Origin: Clostridia bacterium
GTDB lineage: Bacteria > Bacillota > Clostridia > TANB77 > CAG-508
DNA: 64,000 bases
Assembly: GCA_017536685.1 (NCBI GenBank)
Contig: JAFXGW010000011.1
Span: 25,958-89,957, forward strand
Reading direction: 5' to 3'
Each line of letters begins with the position of its first letter. Position 1 is the stretch's first letter. The notes under the pieces are model-generated. The model had not been told where the DNA came from. It searched no databases and saw only the letters and a list, made by a program, of their open reading frames with translations. This document shows, in pieces, positions 29,219 through 39,155 of this stretch. Made by a program: the position numbers and the translations under genes.

Positions 29219-29692
29219 TTATTCTGTTATATTAATTTTAGTAGCATACCAAACTTTGCCATTTTCAGATTCTAAATTAATTTGAATTATATATTCTCCA
29301 GCTACAATATCAGGTACAACTATATAATTTTCCTCTAAATTAGTCTCTATTGGAATTCTTGCAATTTCTTTTTTATCTTGCTGTAATATTACAAACGCAT
29401 TTACCATTGTCCATCCATAGTCATTAAAATATAATTTGTCATTTGAGCTAACTTCTATACTATTTATAAAATGTATTTCTAATGGACTTATAGAGTCTGC
29501 AATCACTTGCATTCCTTTATCATCCCATTGGTAAGCACCTTTATTCATTTTAAATTCTTCTTTTGAAGATTGTTTTGATAAATACAATTCCTCTGGTCCA
29601 ATTCCTACTTTTGCATAATATATTTTTCTTCCAATTAATATTGTGCAAAATACTATTAATGCTACGATTAAAATTTTAAAAACTTTTTTCAT
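29219..29692 (-). CDS. secreted hypothetical protein
   Basis: 157 aa. N-terminal signal/TM. No recognisable motifs. Confidence 0.35.
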   Translation of the reverse strand: MKKVFKILIVALIVFCTILIGRKIYYAKVGIGPEELYLSKQSSKEEFKMNKGAYQWDDKGMQVIADSISPLEIHFINSIEVSSNDKLYFNDYGWTMVNAFVILQQDKKEIARIPIETNLEENYIVVPDIVAGEYIIQINLESENGKVWYATKINITE

Positions 29693-29714
29693 ATATTATC
29701 TCTTTTCTTTATTA

Positions 29715-30914
29715 TTATTTTATTCTTACATATCCAGTCTTTTCTACAATTTCTTGCCCTTGTTCTGATAAAATCCATTCTAATAACCTTGTTACGTTAT
29801 CATTATCATTGTTTTTATAAGTTACAGCATACACTGAAGCGGTAATTGGATAACTCTCATCTCTTATATTTTCTTTATTAGGTTCAATTCCATCCACACT
29901 AATTGTTTTTACATTTGGATTTTTTATGATTCCTTCTAAATAATATCTAAAAGAAAATCCAATTGAGCTTGAAGTATTTTTATAATGTGATACTTGTTCT
30001 ATAATCCCGCTCATAAAATCATTTACTTGTTCTTTTGGAGCCTCCATAATCGGCGTATTTCCCATAAATCTTATAAGCATACTTTGACTACCACTTCCAG
30101 GATTTCTTTGAAATGCTATTATCTTCTCATCTTTTCCACCAACATCTTTCCAATTTGTAATTTTCCCAGAATATATTCCTTTTATTTGTTCTGTTGTCAA
30201 ATTCGATACAGGATTATCTTTATGAACAAAAAATACAAAAGCTTCTTTTCCGATTTCTGTATATTCAAATTCTGTTCCCTCTTCTATCGCTTTTTGCCTT
30301 TGCTCTTCAGAAGGATATCCACCAAAAAATATATCTGTTTCTTTTTCAGCTAATAATTTATATCCATCTACTGTATTATTATATTGAAATACACCACTTC
30401 TATCCAATTGTACATTATTAGGATATATTGCATTTATAAAAGCTGAATACATAGGAAAACAAGCAGCAGCACCATCCAAAATAGGTAGTTCTTCTGTTAA
30501 TTTTAAAGTAGATTCTTCTTGTAATTTTACAATCTTTGTATTTTCTACAAATGGTAAATATTCTGATGTATTAATATTAGGACTAGTATTTATAGTTATA
30601 CTTTCTTCGTACTTTTTTATTCCTATGTCTATTAATAAAATTATTATAAAAATTATAAAAAATATTATCCAACATTTTAAAACTTTTTTCTTATTTTTAC
30701 AATATATAAGTGGTAGTAATAAAGATGGACATATAATAACACCTAAAATTGTTGATATTATATTTATATTTGATGACATACTAATTAAAATAAAATATAT
30801 CCCCACTATAAAGCTTATCCACATTACAGCTACTGTTAATACAATTTTCAATAATATTTTGAAATGTCTTTTTATTTTATTTTTCTCATCCATAATTTTT
30901 CTCCTCAAATTCAA
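29715..30914 (-). CDS. PstS-like (type-2 periplasmic binding fold) substrate-binding domain fused to N-terminal multi-TM region
   Basis: 399 aa. Three N-terminal hydrophobic helices. C-terminal domain has LDGAAACFPMYSAF...IYSGKITNWKDVGG...FQRNPGSGSQ, resembling phosphate-binding PstS/PBP proteins. Confidence 0.55.
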   Translation of the reverse strand: MNLRRKIMDEKNKIKRHFKILLKIVLTVAVMWISFIVGIYFILISMSSNINIISTILGVIICPSLLLPLIYCKNKKKVLKCWIIFFIIFIIILLIDIGIKKYEESITINTSPNINTSEYLPFVENTKIVKLQEESTLKLTEELPILDGAAACFPMYSAFINAIYPNNVQLDRSGVFQYNNTVDGYKLLAEKETDIFFGGYPSEEQRQKAIEEGTEFEYTEIGKEAFVFFVHKDNPVSNLTTEQIKGIYSGKITNWKDVGGKDEKIIAFQRNPGSGSQSMLIRFMGNTPIMEAPKEQVNDFMSGIIEQVSHYKNTSSSIGFSFRYYLEGIIKNPNVKTISVDGIEPNKENIRDESYPITASVYAVTYKNNDNDNVTRLLEWILSEQGQEIVEKTGYVRIK

Positions 30915-31057
30915 TTCATAATATAAAATATTATCCTATAAATTTATTTTTAAATCAATATAAAATGAACAAATAACTTCCTAATAAATAAAAAGACTTA
31001 TAGTTATAAGAGAATAATTAAATTCGCCTATATCATACAAGTCTTTTTTAGTTTTAT

Positions 31058-31672
31058 TTACATACTATATTCTTCAACGCTTTCTTCTTTATTAATCATG
31101 CCTAATAATTTTATTTTTTCTATAGCGTTATTCTTCTCTTCTTTTCCATCTTTAAAATATCCAATGCCAGAACATATTAATACAACAGTTTGCAAAATTA
31201 CCCCAAATACAGATTTAATATAAATACTATCAACAATTACTAGAAGTGTTACTGGTATTCCCATAAACCTATATAATTTATTATTTTTTTGCCAAATCGA
31301 ATATGTATAAAGCATAGATCCTGCCGCATATAATAATGTCCAAAAACCTTTAAAAGTAAGCACTATTGATATAATTGAAATTCCATATATCATTGCTAAA
31401 ATTAAATAATCTTTTTTAGTAATAATATCACTTTTACCATTTATTTTTTGATCAATTATAAACACAATGTCTCTAAAAATTGATATTGCACACATTGCTG
31501 AACTTGTATATGCTCCTAGCAATATAAAAGCAATTGCATTTAAAAAATTAGATAAAAAACTAAATGCTAATATTACTTTTCTATTTTTCACACAATAAGT
31601 TAAAGATAAAAAAATATACACAAAAATTGTAACAATTTGAGAAGCTATATATTGACTGCTTAAATTTTCCAA
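31058..31672 (-). CDS. polytopic inner-membrane protein (YgjV-like)
   Basis: 204 aa. Five or six TM helices. Confidence 0.35.
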   Translation of the reverse strand: MENLSSQYIASQIVTIFVYIFLSLTYCVKNRKVILAFSFLSNFLNAIAFILLGAYTSSAMCAISIFRDIVFIIDQKINGKSDIITKKDYLILAMIYGISIISIVLTFKGFWTLLYAAGSMLYTYSIWQKNNKLYRFMGIPVTLLVIVDSIYIKSVFGVILQTVVLICSGIGYFKDGKEEKNNAIEKIKLLGMINKEESVEEYSM

Positions 31673-31937
31673 AATAAATCTCCTTTAAATACATTTATAA
31701 TACTTATAAATTTGCTCACGCATTTTGTACTATATCATTTAATAAAAAATAAAGCAAGGAGATTTTTTTCCAAACAAAAAAGATATTTCTAACAATTGCA
31801 AATTCAACTTACTTTATTAGAAATTTTTGTTTTAAAAATCCATCTCTTATAATTGTTTTATTTACAATCTTTTCATCTAAATATTCTATAACTTTTGTTG
31901 TAGTACTTCTAATATCAATATCTAAAATGCTCATATT

Positions 31938-32285
31938 TTACGCATCTTTTAATGTGAATTTATATGTATCTCCTTCGTCAAGAGTTGGAGTTGTAAGTGT
32001 TAGAACTTTTCCTTCTCTTATTTCAAAATAATAGTCTCCTTCACTTTCTTCAGCATTTGTTTTTGATGTATCTATCATTTTAATATTAGTTTTTATCTCA
32101 ATATATAATTCTCTAACTTTATTTATTTTAAAAGAAAATATTTTTGCCACATGATCTGCATCTGCTTCTACTTCATCCACAACATATTCTGTACCATAAT
32201 CTACTTCAAACTCATAATTTGCACTCGCTGGAATTTCTTCACTATCCCATCCACTCCAAGTACTTTTTTCAACACATATTTTCAT
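31938..32285 (-). CDS. small cytoplasmic hypothetical protein
   Basis: 115 aa, acidic. No motifs. Confidence 0.4.
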   Translation of the reverse strand: MKICVEKSTWSGWDSEEIPASANYEFEVDYGTEYVVDEVEADADHVAKIFSFKINKVRELYIEIKTNIKMIDTSKTNAEESEGDYYFEIREGKVLTLTTPTLDEGDTYKFTLKDA

Positions 32286-32438
32286 AATTTTTTATCTCCT
32301 TGTTTCTTACAATTATTATGCTAAAAAATATATTTAACATCTTTTTTCATAAATGATTATTATATTTTAAACATAACTTTCATATATAAACTATATCAAA
32401 AAAGCAGTAATTTTTCAATTACTGCTTTAATTTTTTAT

Positions 32439-33446
32439 TTAAAGTTCTTCATCTTCGGATTCAATAAATCTATAATCGGTAAAATCTGGTTTTGCAACAT
32501 CTTCATCTGTAACAGTTCCTATGTCAATTACATATCTTGTACTAATATAAGTATTATCCATATTCCAAGTCCATTTACCATAAGGAATTCCAGTATCTTT
32601 ATAAAAATATTCTTGAATTTTTGCAGGATAAGCACCACCTTCTACTTCATATTCTAAAAAGTATCTATCCCATTCTTCTTTTATCTTTATTGAAGGGGTA
32701 AATGCATTAATAATATTTATTAAAAGACTATCATTAACCTTTCCAGAATTTGAAATATTTCTTATTCGATCTGTATTATAACTAGATATCGTACCAGCTA
32801 TATTTATTATCTTTTTGTACGTTTTTCTTTCCATATTGTATGCATAGCCTTCTCCTGTTAACAAATTAATCCAGCTATAATTTGATTCTACGTTTCCTTC
32901 ACTATTAATCATGTCCCATCTAACTTTTACACATTTATCTTTATGCTTTATTTCTTGTTTTGTTGGAAGTTTATATCTATTTCCACTACCTGTAGTATTA
33001 TCTGTTATTTGAACATATGAGTAATTATTATAATATGAAATATTTTCTTGCAACCAATTTAATTTTTCTAGTATAAATAGTTTTCTCATAGAATCTATTG
33101 AATATATAAGAAAAATTATTCCAAAAATTAAAGCAATAATTTTCTTTAACTCTTTTAATTTTGATTTTTTTATTTCTAATTTATTGTTACTTTCTACTTT
33201 GTTATCGTTTTCTATATTTAATCCATTAGTTAAATCATTTGCCTTTATTTCCAATATTTGACAAAGTTTAGACATGTTTTCAATATCTGGAACACTTTTT
33301 CCGGATTCCCAAGCATAAATAGATTGCCTAGATACTCCTATTTTTTCAGCTAGTTCTTCTTGTGATAAATTTTTATTTTTTCTAAACTCAAATAATTTCT
33401 CATTATAAAATTCAAACTTTACTTCCTTCGCTTCTTTTTCTTGCAT
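32439..33446 (-). CDS. membrane-bound XRE-family HTH transcriptional regulator with extracytoplasmic C-terminal domain
   Basis: Start set at MQEKEAK after AAAGGAGG. HTH NLSQEELAEKIGVSRQSIYAWESGKSVP. Single TM (IIALIFGIIFLIYSI). About 190-aa C-terminal domain. Confidence 0.7.
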   Translation of the reverse strand: MQEKEAKEVKFEFYNEKLFEFRKNKNLSQEELAEKIGVSRQSIYAWESGKSVPDIENMSKLCQILEIKANDLTNGLNIENDNKVESNNKLEIKKSKLKELKKIIALIFGIIFLIYSIDSMRKLFILEKLNWLQENISYYNNYSYVQITDNTTGSGNRYKLPTKQEIKHKDKCVKVRWDMINSEGNVESNYSWINLLTGEGYAYNMERKTYKKIINIAGTISSYNTDRIRNISNSGKVNDSLLINIINAFTPSIKIKEEWDRYFLEYEVEGGAYPAKIQEYFYKDTGIPYGKWTWNMDNTYISTRYVIDIGTVTDEDVAKPDFTDYRFIESEDEEL

Positions 33447-33682
33447 ATTTATTCCTCCTTTGTTTATTATATAAAAATTGTAAAAAAAATAAAACAAACT
33501 CACAAGAAAGTTTGCTTTATTTTTGTGTAAAGTTTGCTTTACAAATCTGTTTTTATTTATATTTCAACAATTTTAAGAATTAGTATTTTTTATATTTTAA
33601 TAAACTTTTTATATTTCTAACAAATATTTTTATATTCTTAATAAATATTTTCAATTAAAGATTATTGCTTCACTTCAAAATT

Positions 33683-34303
33683 CTATTTAAAAGAAAAATA
33701 TAAACCTTCAATAAATACTACAAAACATAATCCTAATGTTGTAATAAATCCAGCTTTACCAGATATAAAAATTGCTCCAATCATTAAAATTCCACCAATT
33801 ATAAAGCTATATCCTAAAATCCTTATCATTTTTTTAAATTCCTTTTCTGTTTTAGGCAATGGATTTATATTTCCTTTCGCATCTGCATAACTCATCTTAG
33901 GCATATAATTCCCCATTACTATAAACACTAAACCTAAAAAGATTGTAACTACTTTTCCTACATCAACAGTCTTTCCAAGCCCAATTAATATTGTTAAAGT
34001 ATATATTAAAATAGTTACCATTGGAATAAACCATTTCATGATTTTAACAAATTTGGGAGCTTTTCCTTTTTTATCTTCACCAATATCTGTTACTATACAG
34101 CAAAATGCTTGTAAGCAAGCTGTAATCATTGGAAGTCCAAATAATGCAAAATTCTTTGAAGCCCAGTTATCTGCTTCATTATTTATATTAAAATGAATTG
34201 CCATAGATTCCGGTAATTCTTCATAAAAATATAATCCTAAACAAATAGGCATTAAACATAATAAACATGTAAAAATTATAAAATTCCAATTAATTTTTTT
34301 CAT
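33683..34303 (-). CDS. SdpI/YhfL-family membrane protein
   Basis: 206 aa, multi-TM. Encoded directly downstream of, and overlapping, an ArsR/SdpR-type regulator, as in sdpR-sdpI. Confidence 0.5.
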   Translation of the reverse strand: MKKINWNFIIFTCLLCLMPICLGLYFYEELPESMAIHFNINNEADNWASKNFALFGLPMITACLQAFCCIVTDIGEDKKGKAPKFVKIMKWFIPMVTILIYTLTILIGLGKTVDVGKVVTIFLGLVFIVMGNYMPKMSYADAKGNINPLPKTEKEFKKMIRILGYSFIIGGILMIGAIFISGKAGFITTLGLCFVVFIEGLYFSFK

Positions 34304-34562
34304 TATTTTTTCCTCCCAAACTATAAATCCAAGTTAAGACTTCCTCAAAAACAGATACATTTAATTCATAATAAATAAAGTTTTTATATTTGTTTTCTGT
34401 TATTAAGTCGGCTTTTTTCAATTGTGATAAGTGATATGATACTGTTGCGCCAGTTAACTTAAATCTTTCTGCAATTTCACCTGCTGATTTCTTTTCTTCT
34501 TTTAGCATATTTAAGATATCTCTTCTTACTGGATCTGATATTGCTTTTAATGTTTCAGACAT
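34290..34562 (-). CDS. ArsR/SdpR-family transcriptional repressor
   Basis: Start set near MSETLK after AAAGGAGAG. wHTH ISDPVRRDILNMLKEE...AGEIAERFKLTGATVSYHLSQLKKADLI. Confidence 0.7.
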   Translation of the reverse strand: MSETLKAISDPVRRDILNMLKEEKKSAGEIAERFKLTGATVSYHLSQLKKADLITENKYKNFIYYELNVSVFEEVLTWIYSLGGKNNEKN

Positions 34563-34746
34563 TCCCACTTTTATCACTCTCCTTTTTCTATTTAGAAATC
34601 TTTCTAAATAGATTATATACTTTAAGCCAGAAAAAGTCAACAACTATTTAGAAATTCATCTAAATAGTTGTTGACTTTACACTAATCTTTTGTATTAAAC
34701 ATTAATATTATTATATCTAACGACTAGATAACAATATCAAAATATA

Positions 34747-35412
34747 TTAATATTTTTGTGCTTTTATAATTAATCTATTATTTGTATAATTTACACATGT
34801 TATTAATGTTAATTCTATATTGTTTTTTGAATTTTGTTTTATAGGTTCTACGTTATTTGCTTTGACCTTATAAATATCTGTCACTTTATATTTGTTTTTT
34901 CCTGTAGTATTTTCTGTTACAAATATTTCGTCACCCATTTTCAATTCAATTAATTTATTAAACATATTTTCTTTTTTATAGTTATGACCTACTATAGAAT
35001 AATTTCCAATGCAATTTGGATTTGGCCCCCAAAGTTTAGTTGGACAAAGATTCATAGCACTTTCAGAATATTGTTTAAAAACATATGTCTTTAAATTAAT
35101 TACTGGAATTTCTAATTCGCAATCTACCTCAAATCCTAAATGTTCTTTTGGAATATCAGAATCCATGATTCCATCATTGTAAATCAAGCTTTTTTCTTCA
35201 TTATAACTCAATTCATTATTATATATTTCTATATTACTATCTATTGTATATAAATTATTGGTATATACAATATCAAAATTCTTTTCAATCAGTAATTTAT
35301 CTCTTTTACCCACTTCTTCTAGTCTTATATTATCTTCTTTGTAAATATCTTTTAATATAAAAAATAATCCACAAATACAACTAATTAAAATAACTTTTCT
35401 ATAGTTCATCAT
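34747..35412 (-). CDS. srtB: class B sortase
   Basis: 221 aa. N-terminal TM. Catalytic His (SIVGHNY), TLITC cysteine motif, and downstream Arg. Confidence 0.8.
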   Translation of the reverse strand: MMNYRKVILISCICGLFFILKDIYKEDNIRLEEVGKRDKLLIEKNFDIVYTNNLYTIDSNIEIYNNELSYNEEKSLIYNDGIMDSDIPKEHLGFEVDCELEIPVINLKTYVFKQYSESAMNLCPTKLWGPNPNCIGNYSIVGHNYKKENMFNKLIELKMGDEIFVTENTTGKNKYKVTDIYKVKANNVEPIKQNSKNNIELTLITCVNYTNNRLIIKAQKY

Positions 35413-36526
35413 CTTTCTTTTTTAATATACAATATATTAAAATTAGTATTCCTCCAATTGGAAGTATTAAAAAATAAATCGTACTCCCAGCTTTAGGTAA
35501 AGTAGTAGGCTTGTATTCAATTTCATTAGAATTATTTTCTACTCGATTAATTGTACCTTTATCTACATTATTTTCAAAATTCATTTTTTCTTGAATCGCT
35601 GTAATGCTATTTTCAATTTGATTATCTACAATGCTATTTATATAGTTTTCTTCATCTACAATCACATTAAAAGTTTGACTTGATATAACAAAATCAGGAT
35701 TGTTTAAATCTCGTAATTCAAAAGTTATTTTATATTTTCCAGGGTCTGAAAATTTACTATTCAAACTCAGTTCTTTCATTACATTTAAGCCACCAATAGA
35801 TTCTCCGTTTTCACCACCCCATCCATCTTCTAATATATTATGATTTATTCCTACAGAATCTATAGCATTAAATTGCACTTCGCTTTCAGTATCACTTACA
35901 ACATTTGCATAAATTTTAGTATTAGAATAAATTTGTCCCATATCAGATTTTAAAATTAGTTTTATATCATTTTCTCGATTTGCTAGCAATGGTTTATTAT
36001 ATTCTAACTCAAATTCATATGCCTCATAAACCGGCTCTAATAAAACTACTTCTTCGATCGGCAGTAATGGATTGTCAATCGCTTCTTTTGTTAATTCATC
36101 TTTCATGTTTTGAAGAGTTATTTTAAAATTTGTTGGATTGCTTGAAATTATATCTTGATTTGCTTTAAAAATTATTTCTATTTCTTCTACTGGTTCTTTA
36201 GTTGACATCGTTGGATACGTTATAGTTACGACATCTCCATTATCATATAAATTTATATCTTTGTTTGCTGAGTAATATTGAAATAAATTTTTATCATAAG
36301 CAACATTAATTTCAAATTCATTTAGCTTTCTTCCAAAATCAACCTTTAATGTCACCTTTTCTCCTGGATGAACAATTTTCTTATCAATTTCTATATTAAA
36401 ATTTTCAAGTGTTAATGCATAACAATTACCTTGCAAAAAAAATATAAATAAAATAATAATACTTGCTTTTATCAATATATTTTTCATAAAATTCCTCCTA
36501 AAATAATTTAAAATTATTATTCTCAA
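35399..36526 (-). CDS. sortase-substrate surface protein (LPKAG sorting signal)
   Basis: 375 aa. Signal peptide. C-terminal KPTTLPKAG + hydrophobic helix + KKKDDEL tail. Overlaps the sortase gene by 14 nt. Confidence 0.55.
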   Translation of the reverse strand: MRIIILNYFRRNFMKNILIKASIIILFIFFLQGNCYALTLENFNIEIDKKIVHPGEKVTLKVDFGRKLNEFEINVAYDKNLFQYYSANKDINLYDNGDVVTITYPTMSTKEPVEEIEIIFKANQDIISSNPTNFKITLQNMKDELTKEAIDNPLLPIEEVVLLEPVYEAYEFELEYNKPLLANRENDIKLILKSDMGQIYSNTKIYANVVSDTESEVQFNAIDSVGINHNILEDGWGGENGESIGGLNVMKELSLNSKFSDPGKYKITFELRDLNNPDFVISSQTFNVIVDEENYINSIVDNQIENSITAIQEKMNFENNVDKGTINRVENNSNEIEYKPTTLPKAGSTIYFLILPIGGILILIYCILKKKDDEL

Positions 36527-36624
36527 ATTTGGAATTTTTATTTAAATTTTGAAAAATATACAAAAAAGAATATATAATGAATTTAGATTTTTTTCATTAT
36601 ATATTCTTTTTATTATGTATTTAA

Positions 36625-37518
36625 TTATTTTAATATCCTTTGCATATTTCCATATATTAAATTTATCCAAGTAGTAGATGACGGACAAAATTTTGTTTTT
36701 ACTCCAGAAAGTGTTGGTCCATAATAAAATCTGCCACCTTCAGTTAAATAATTGTTATGCAAAGCTTCTGCTGCTTTTCTCAATCCCTCTTCAACTGAAG
36801 AAAATCTTATTAATCCACCATTTGTCATTAAACTTATATAATTATGAGTTCTTCTATGATTTTCTGCGATATGCCAACCAGATTCTCCAGCAATTAAACC
36901 ACAAAAGAAAATTTCATTTATTTGATACTCTTTGCAAATATCAAATATCAGCCCCGCATTTTCTTCAAAGAATCCTGCTTTATCTTCTTCTACTCCAGAA
37001 ATCAATGTTATAAAATCATTTCTAGATAAGCCAGTTGTTATAGTTAAGTCCATATCTTTTGAAATCGTAACTTCTTCAATAGAAATTGTTTCTGGTTCTT
37101 CTGGAACAACATCTTCTTCAATCGAATTTTCAATTGCTTCAAAATTTATACTTCCAATAGTTCCATATAAAATATTTGGTTCTGATGTTAATTTTTCTTT
37201 TGTGTCATCATCTATTTTTTCTATACTTTCTGCTTCTTCATCAACAACATTATTTGATTCTTCATTTTTTATTTCTGAAGTTCTTTTTTCTTCTGAAGTC
37301 GTTCCTCTTGAACTTATTTCCGGTTTTATTGTTTTTTTGACTTGCACATTTGCAGAATTTACTTCATGATAGTTTGTATTACTTACTAATTCTTTATTCT
37401 TTTGTAAATTACTTTTTATTGTATTTGCTAAACCTATAATTACAATAATTGATATAAATATTAACAAAAGTGTTGATACCTTTACTGATATTAATACTTT
37501 TCTATTTTCTCTTTCCAT
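36625..37518 (-). CDS. membrane-anchored N-acetylglucosaminidase (FlgJ/Glucosaminidase-domain) cell-wall hydrolase
   Basis: 297 aa. N-terminal TM. Acidic linker. C-terminal FCGLIAGESGWHIAENHRRTHNYISL, matching the ESGWG glucosaminidase signature. Confidence 0.55.
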   Translation of the reverse strand: MERENRKVLISVKVSTLLLIFISIIVIIGLANTIKSNLQKNKELVSNTNYHEVNSANVQVKKTIKPEISSRGTTSEEKRTSEIKNEESNNVVDEEAESIEKIDDDTKEKLTSEPNILYGTIGSINFEAIENSIEEDVVPEEPETISIEEVTISKDMDLTITTGLSRNDFITLISGVEEDKAGFFEENAGLIFDICKEYQINEIFFCGLIAGESGWHIAENHRRTHNYISLMTNGGLIRFSSVEEGLRKAAEALHNNYLTEGGRFYYGPTLSGVKTKFCPSSTTWINLIYGNMQRILK

Positions 37519-37699
37519 ATATTTTTCCTTTCACAGATAGAGTTATTATATCATTATTTAAATATTTGTCAAATTTTGTATTTTATAGCATATTTTTATA
37601 AAATCCTGACATTTCAACTGTTTTATTAAATTAAATAGAATTGTTAAAATAAATTTTATATAAAATTTACACTTTTGAAATATTTTTTATTTTAAAATA

Positions 37700-37730
37700 A
37701 AAAATAGCAGATTTTAAGTATCTGCTATTT
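37700..37730 (-). terminator. terminator hairpin downstream of tRNA-Leu
   Basis: atagcagat/atctgctat stem flanked by A-run and T-run. Confidence 0.5.
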
Positions 37731-37813
37731 TGGTGCCCGAGGCGGGACTCGAACCCGCATGGTTTCCCGCACGATTTTGAGTCGTGTGCGTCTGCCAATT
37801 CCGCCACTTGGGC
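37731..37813 (-). tRNA. tRNA-Leu (anticodon CAA), type II with long variable arm, CCA encoded
   Basis: The minus strand reads gcccaagtggcggaattggcagacgcacacgaCTCAAAAtcgtgcgggaaaccatgcgggttcgagtcccgcctcgggcacca. Anticodon loop CU-CAA-AA. T-loop GGTTCGAGTCC. Confidence 0.85.
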
Positions 37814-37928
37814 AAATACAAGTTCTAATATCTACAAATGTTACCATATAAGATATCTGTAACTCACTTCGTTCGAACAGCTATCTTAACTTGGGCATTT
37901 TATTAAATTTAATTATTTAATTTGACTA

Positions 37929-37966
37929 GACAATCTTAACATATAATTTTAAGATTGTCTAGATTT
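37929..37966. terminator. strong 14-bp inverted-repeat hairpin between deoB and tRNA-Leu
   Basis: ctagacaatcttaa...ttaagattgtctag followed by TTTTTTTATTTT on the plus strand. Probably a bidirectional terminator. Confidence 0.5.
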
Positions 37967-37979
37967 TTTTATTTTATTT

Positions 37980-39155
37980 TTACATTATTTCATTTTTGAA
38001 ACTTGTTCCGTTTTCTAATTTTTCCATTTCAAATATATCTAATATTGTTGCTGATATATCTGCATAAGTTTTTCTTATTCCTAAGTCTACATTTTGCTTT
38101 AGATTTTTTCCATAAACTAATATTGGAATATATTCTCTTGAGTGATCTGTACTTGGTGTGCTTGGATCATTTCCATGGTCCGCAGTCAAAATTAACATAT
38201 CATCTTCTTTTAAGCTATCCATTATTTCTGGTAATTTACTATCAAAATATTCTAAAGCTTTAGCATATCCTTCTATATTATTTCTATGTCCATATAACAT
38301 ATCAAAATCTACTAAGTTCGTAAAAATTAAATCTTCATTACTATTTTTTATAGCCTCAAGAGTTTTTTCTATTCCGTCTTCATTGCCACTTGTATGAATT
38401 GATCTATTTATTCCTCTTCCAGTAAACAAATCTTCAATTTTTCCTATTGCTAAAACTTTTTTATTATTATCTTGGAATACATCTAACATTGTTCTTCCAA
38501 AATCTTCTGCTTCATAATCTTTTCTATTATAGGTTCTTTTAAAATCTTCTGCACAAGTTCCTATAAAAGGTCTAGCTATTACTGTACCAATTCCGTATCC
38601 AAGTTCATCTATCGTATTTCTAGCAATTTGACATAATTCGTGTAATTTTTCTGCCGGCATAATATCTTCATGCATAGCAATTTGAAGTACACTATCAGCT
38701 GAAGTATATACAATAGGCATATTTTTTTCTAATGATTCCTCTCCATATTGTTTTAAGAAATCAGTTCCAGATCCTTTTTTATTACATATAAAACCTGGTA
38801 TTTTTCCTCTTTTTGCAATTTCATCAAGTAATTCTTGTGGAAACCCTTCATAGTATGTTTTAAATGGCTCTTCTTTTATAAATCCAGCAATTTCCCAATG
38901 ACCAACAGGGCTATTTTTCCCTTTAGTTTTTTCAGCTGCTTTTCCAAAAATTCCTATTGGACTCTCTTCTTTTTCTGGAATACTAAGACCTTGAATATTA
39001 TACAAACCTAGTTTCTTCATATTAGGAAGATTTATTTTTGTGTTATTATATATTCCTTCTAATGTATTGCTTCCAACATCTCCATAATCAATAGCATCTG
39101 GAGTTTCACCAACTCCAAAACTATCTAAAACTATAATAACAACTCTATTTATCAT
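37980..39155 (-). CDS. deoB: phosphopentomutase
   Basis: Start set at MINRVVIIVLDSFGVGE after GAGGAGGAAGAGG. Characteristic LDSFG.G N-terminus and GNEDG / DHGNDP metal-site motifs. The start overlaps the upstream gene's stop by ~11 nt. Confidence 0.9.
   Translation of the reverse strand: MINRVVIIVLDSFGVGETPDAIDYGDVGSNTLEGIYNNTKINLPNMKKLGLYNIQGLSIPEKEESPIGIFGKAAEKTKGKNSPVGHWEIAGFIKEEPFKTYYEGFPQELLDEIAKRGKIPGFICNKKGSGTDFLKQYGEESLEKNMPIVYTSADSVLQIAMHEDIMPAEKLHELCQIARNTIDELGYGIGTVIARPFIGTCAEDFKRTYNRKDYEAEDFGRTMLDVFQDNNKKVLAIGKIEDLFTGRGINRSIHTSGNEDGIEKTLEAIKNSNEDLIFTNLVDFDMLYGHRNNIEGYAKALEYFDSKLPEIMDSLKEDDMLILTADHGNDPSTPSTDHSREYIPILVYGKNLKQNVDLGIRKTYADISATILDIFEMEKLENGTSFKNEIM

Noticed and set aside
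30915-37979. Treating the tRNA-Leu-proximal block (regulators, sortase, glucosaminidase) as a defined integrative island or prophage
   Set aside because: No integrase, recombinase, phage structural gene or direct repeat of the tRNA 3' end is visible. Composition matches the rest of the window. Only noted as context in a finding.
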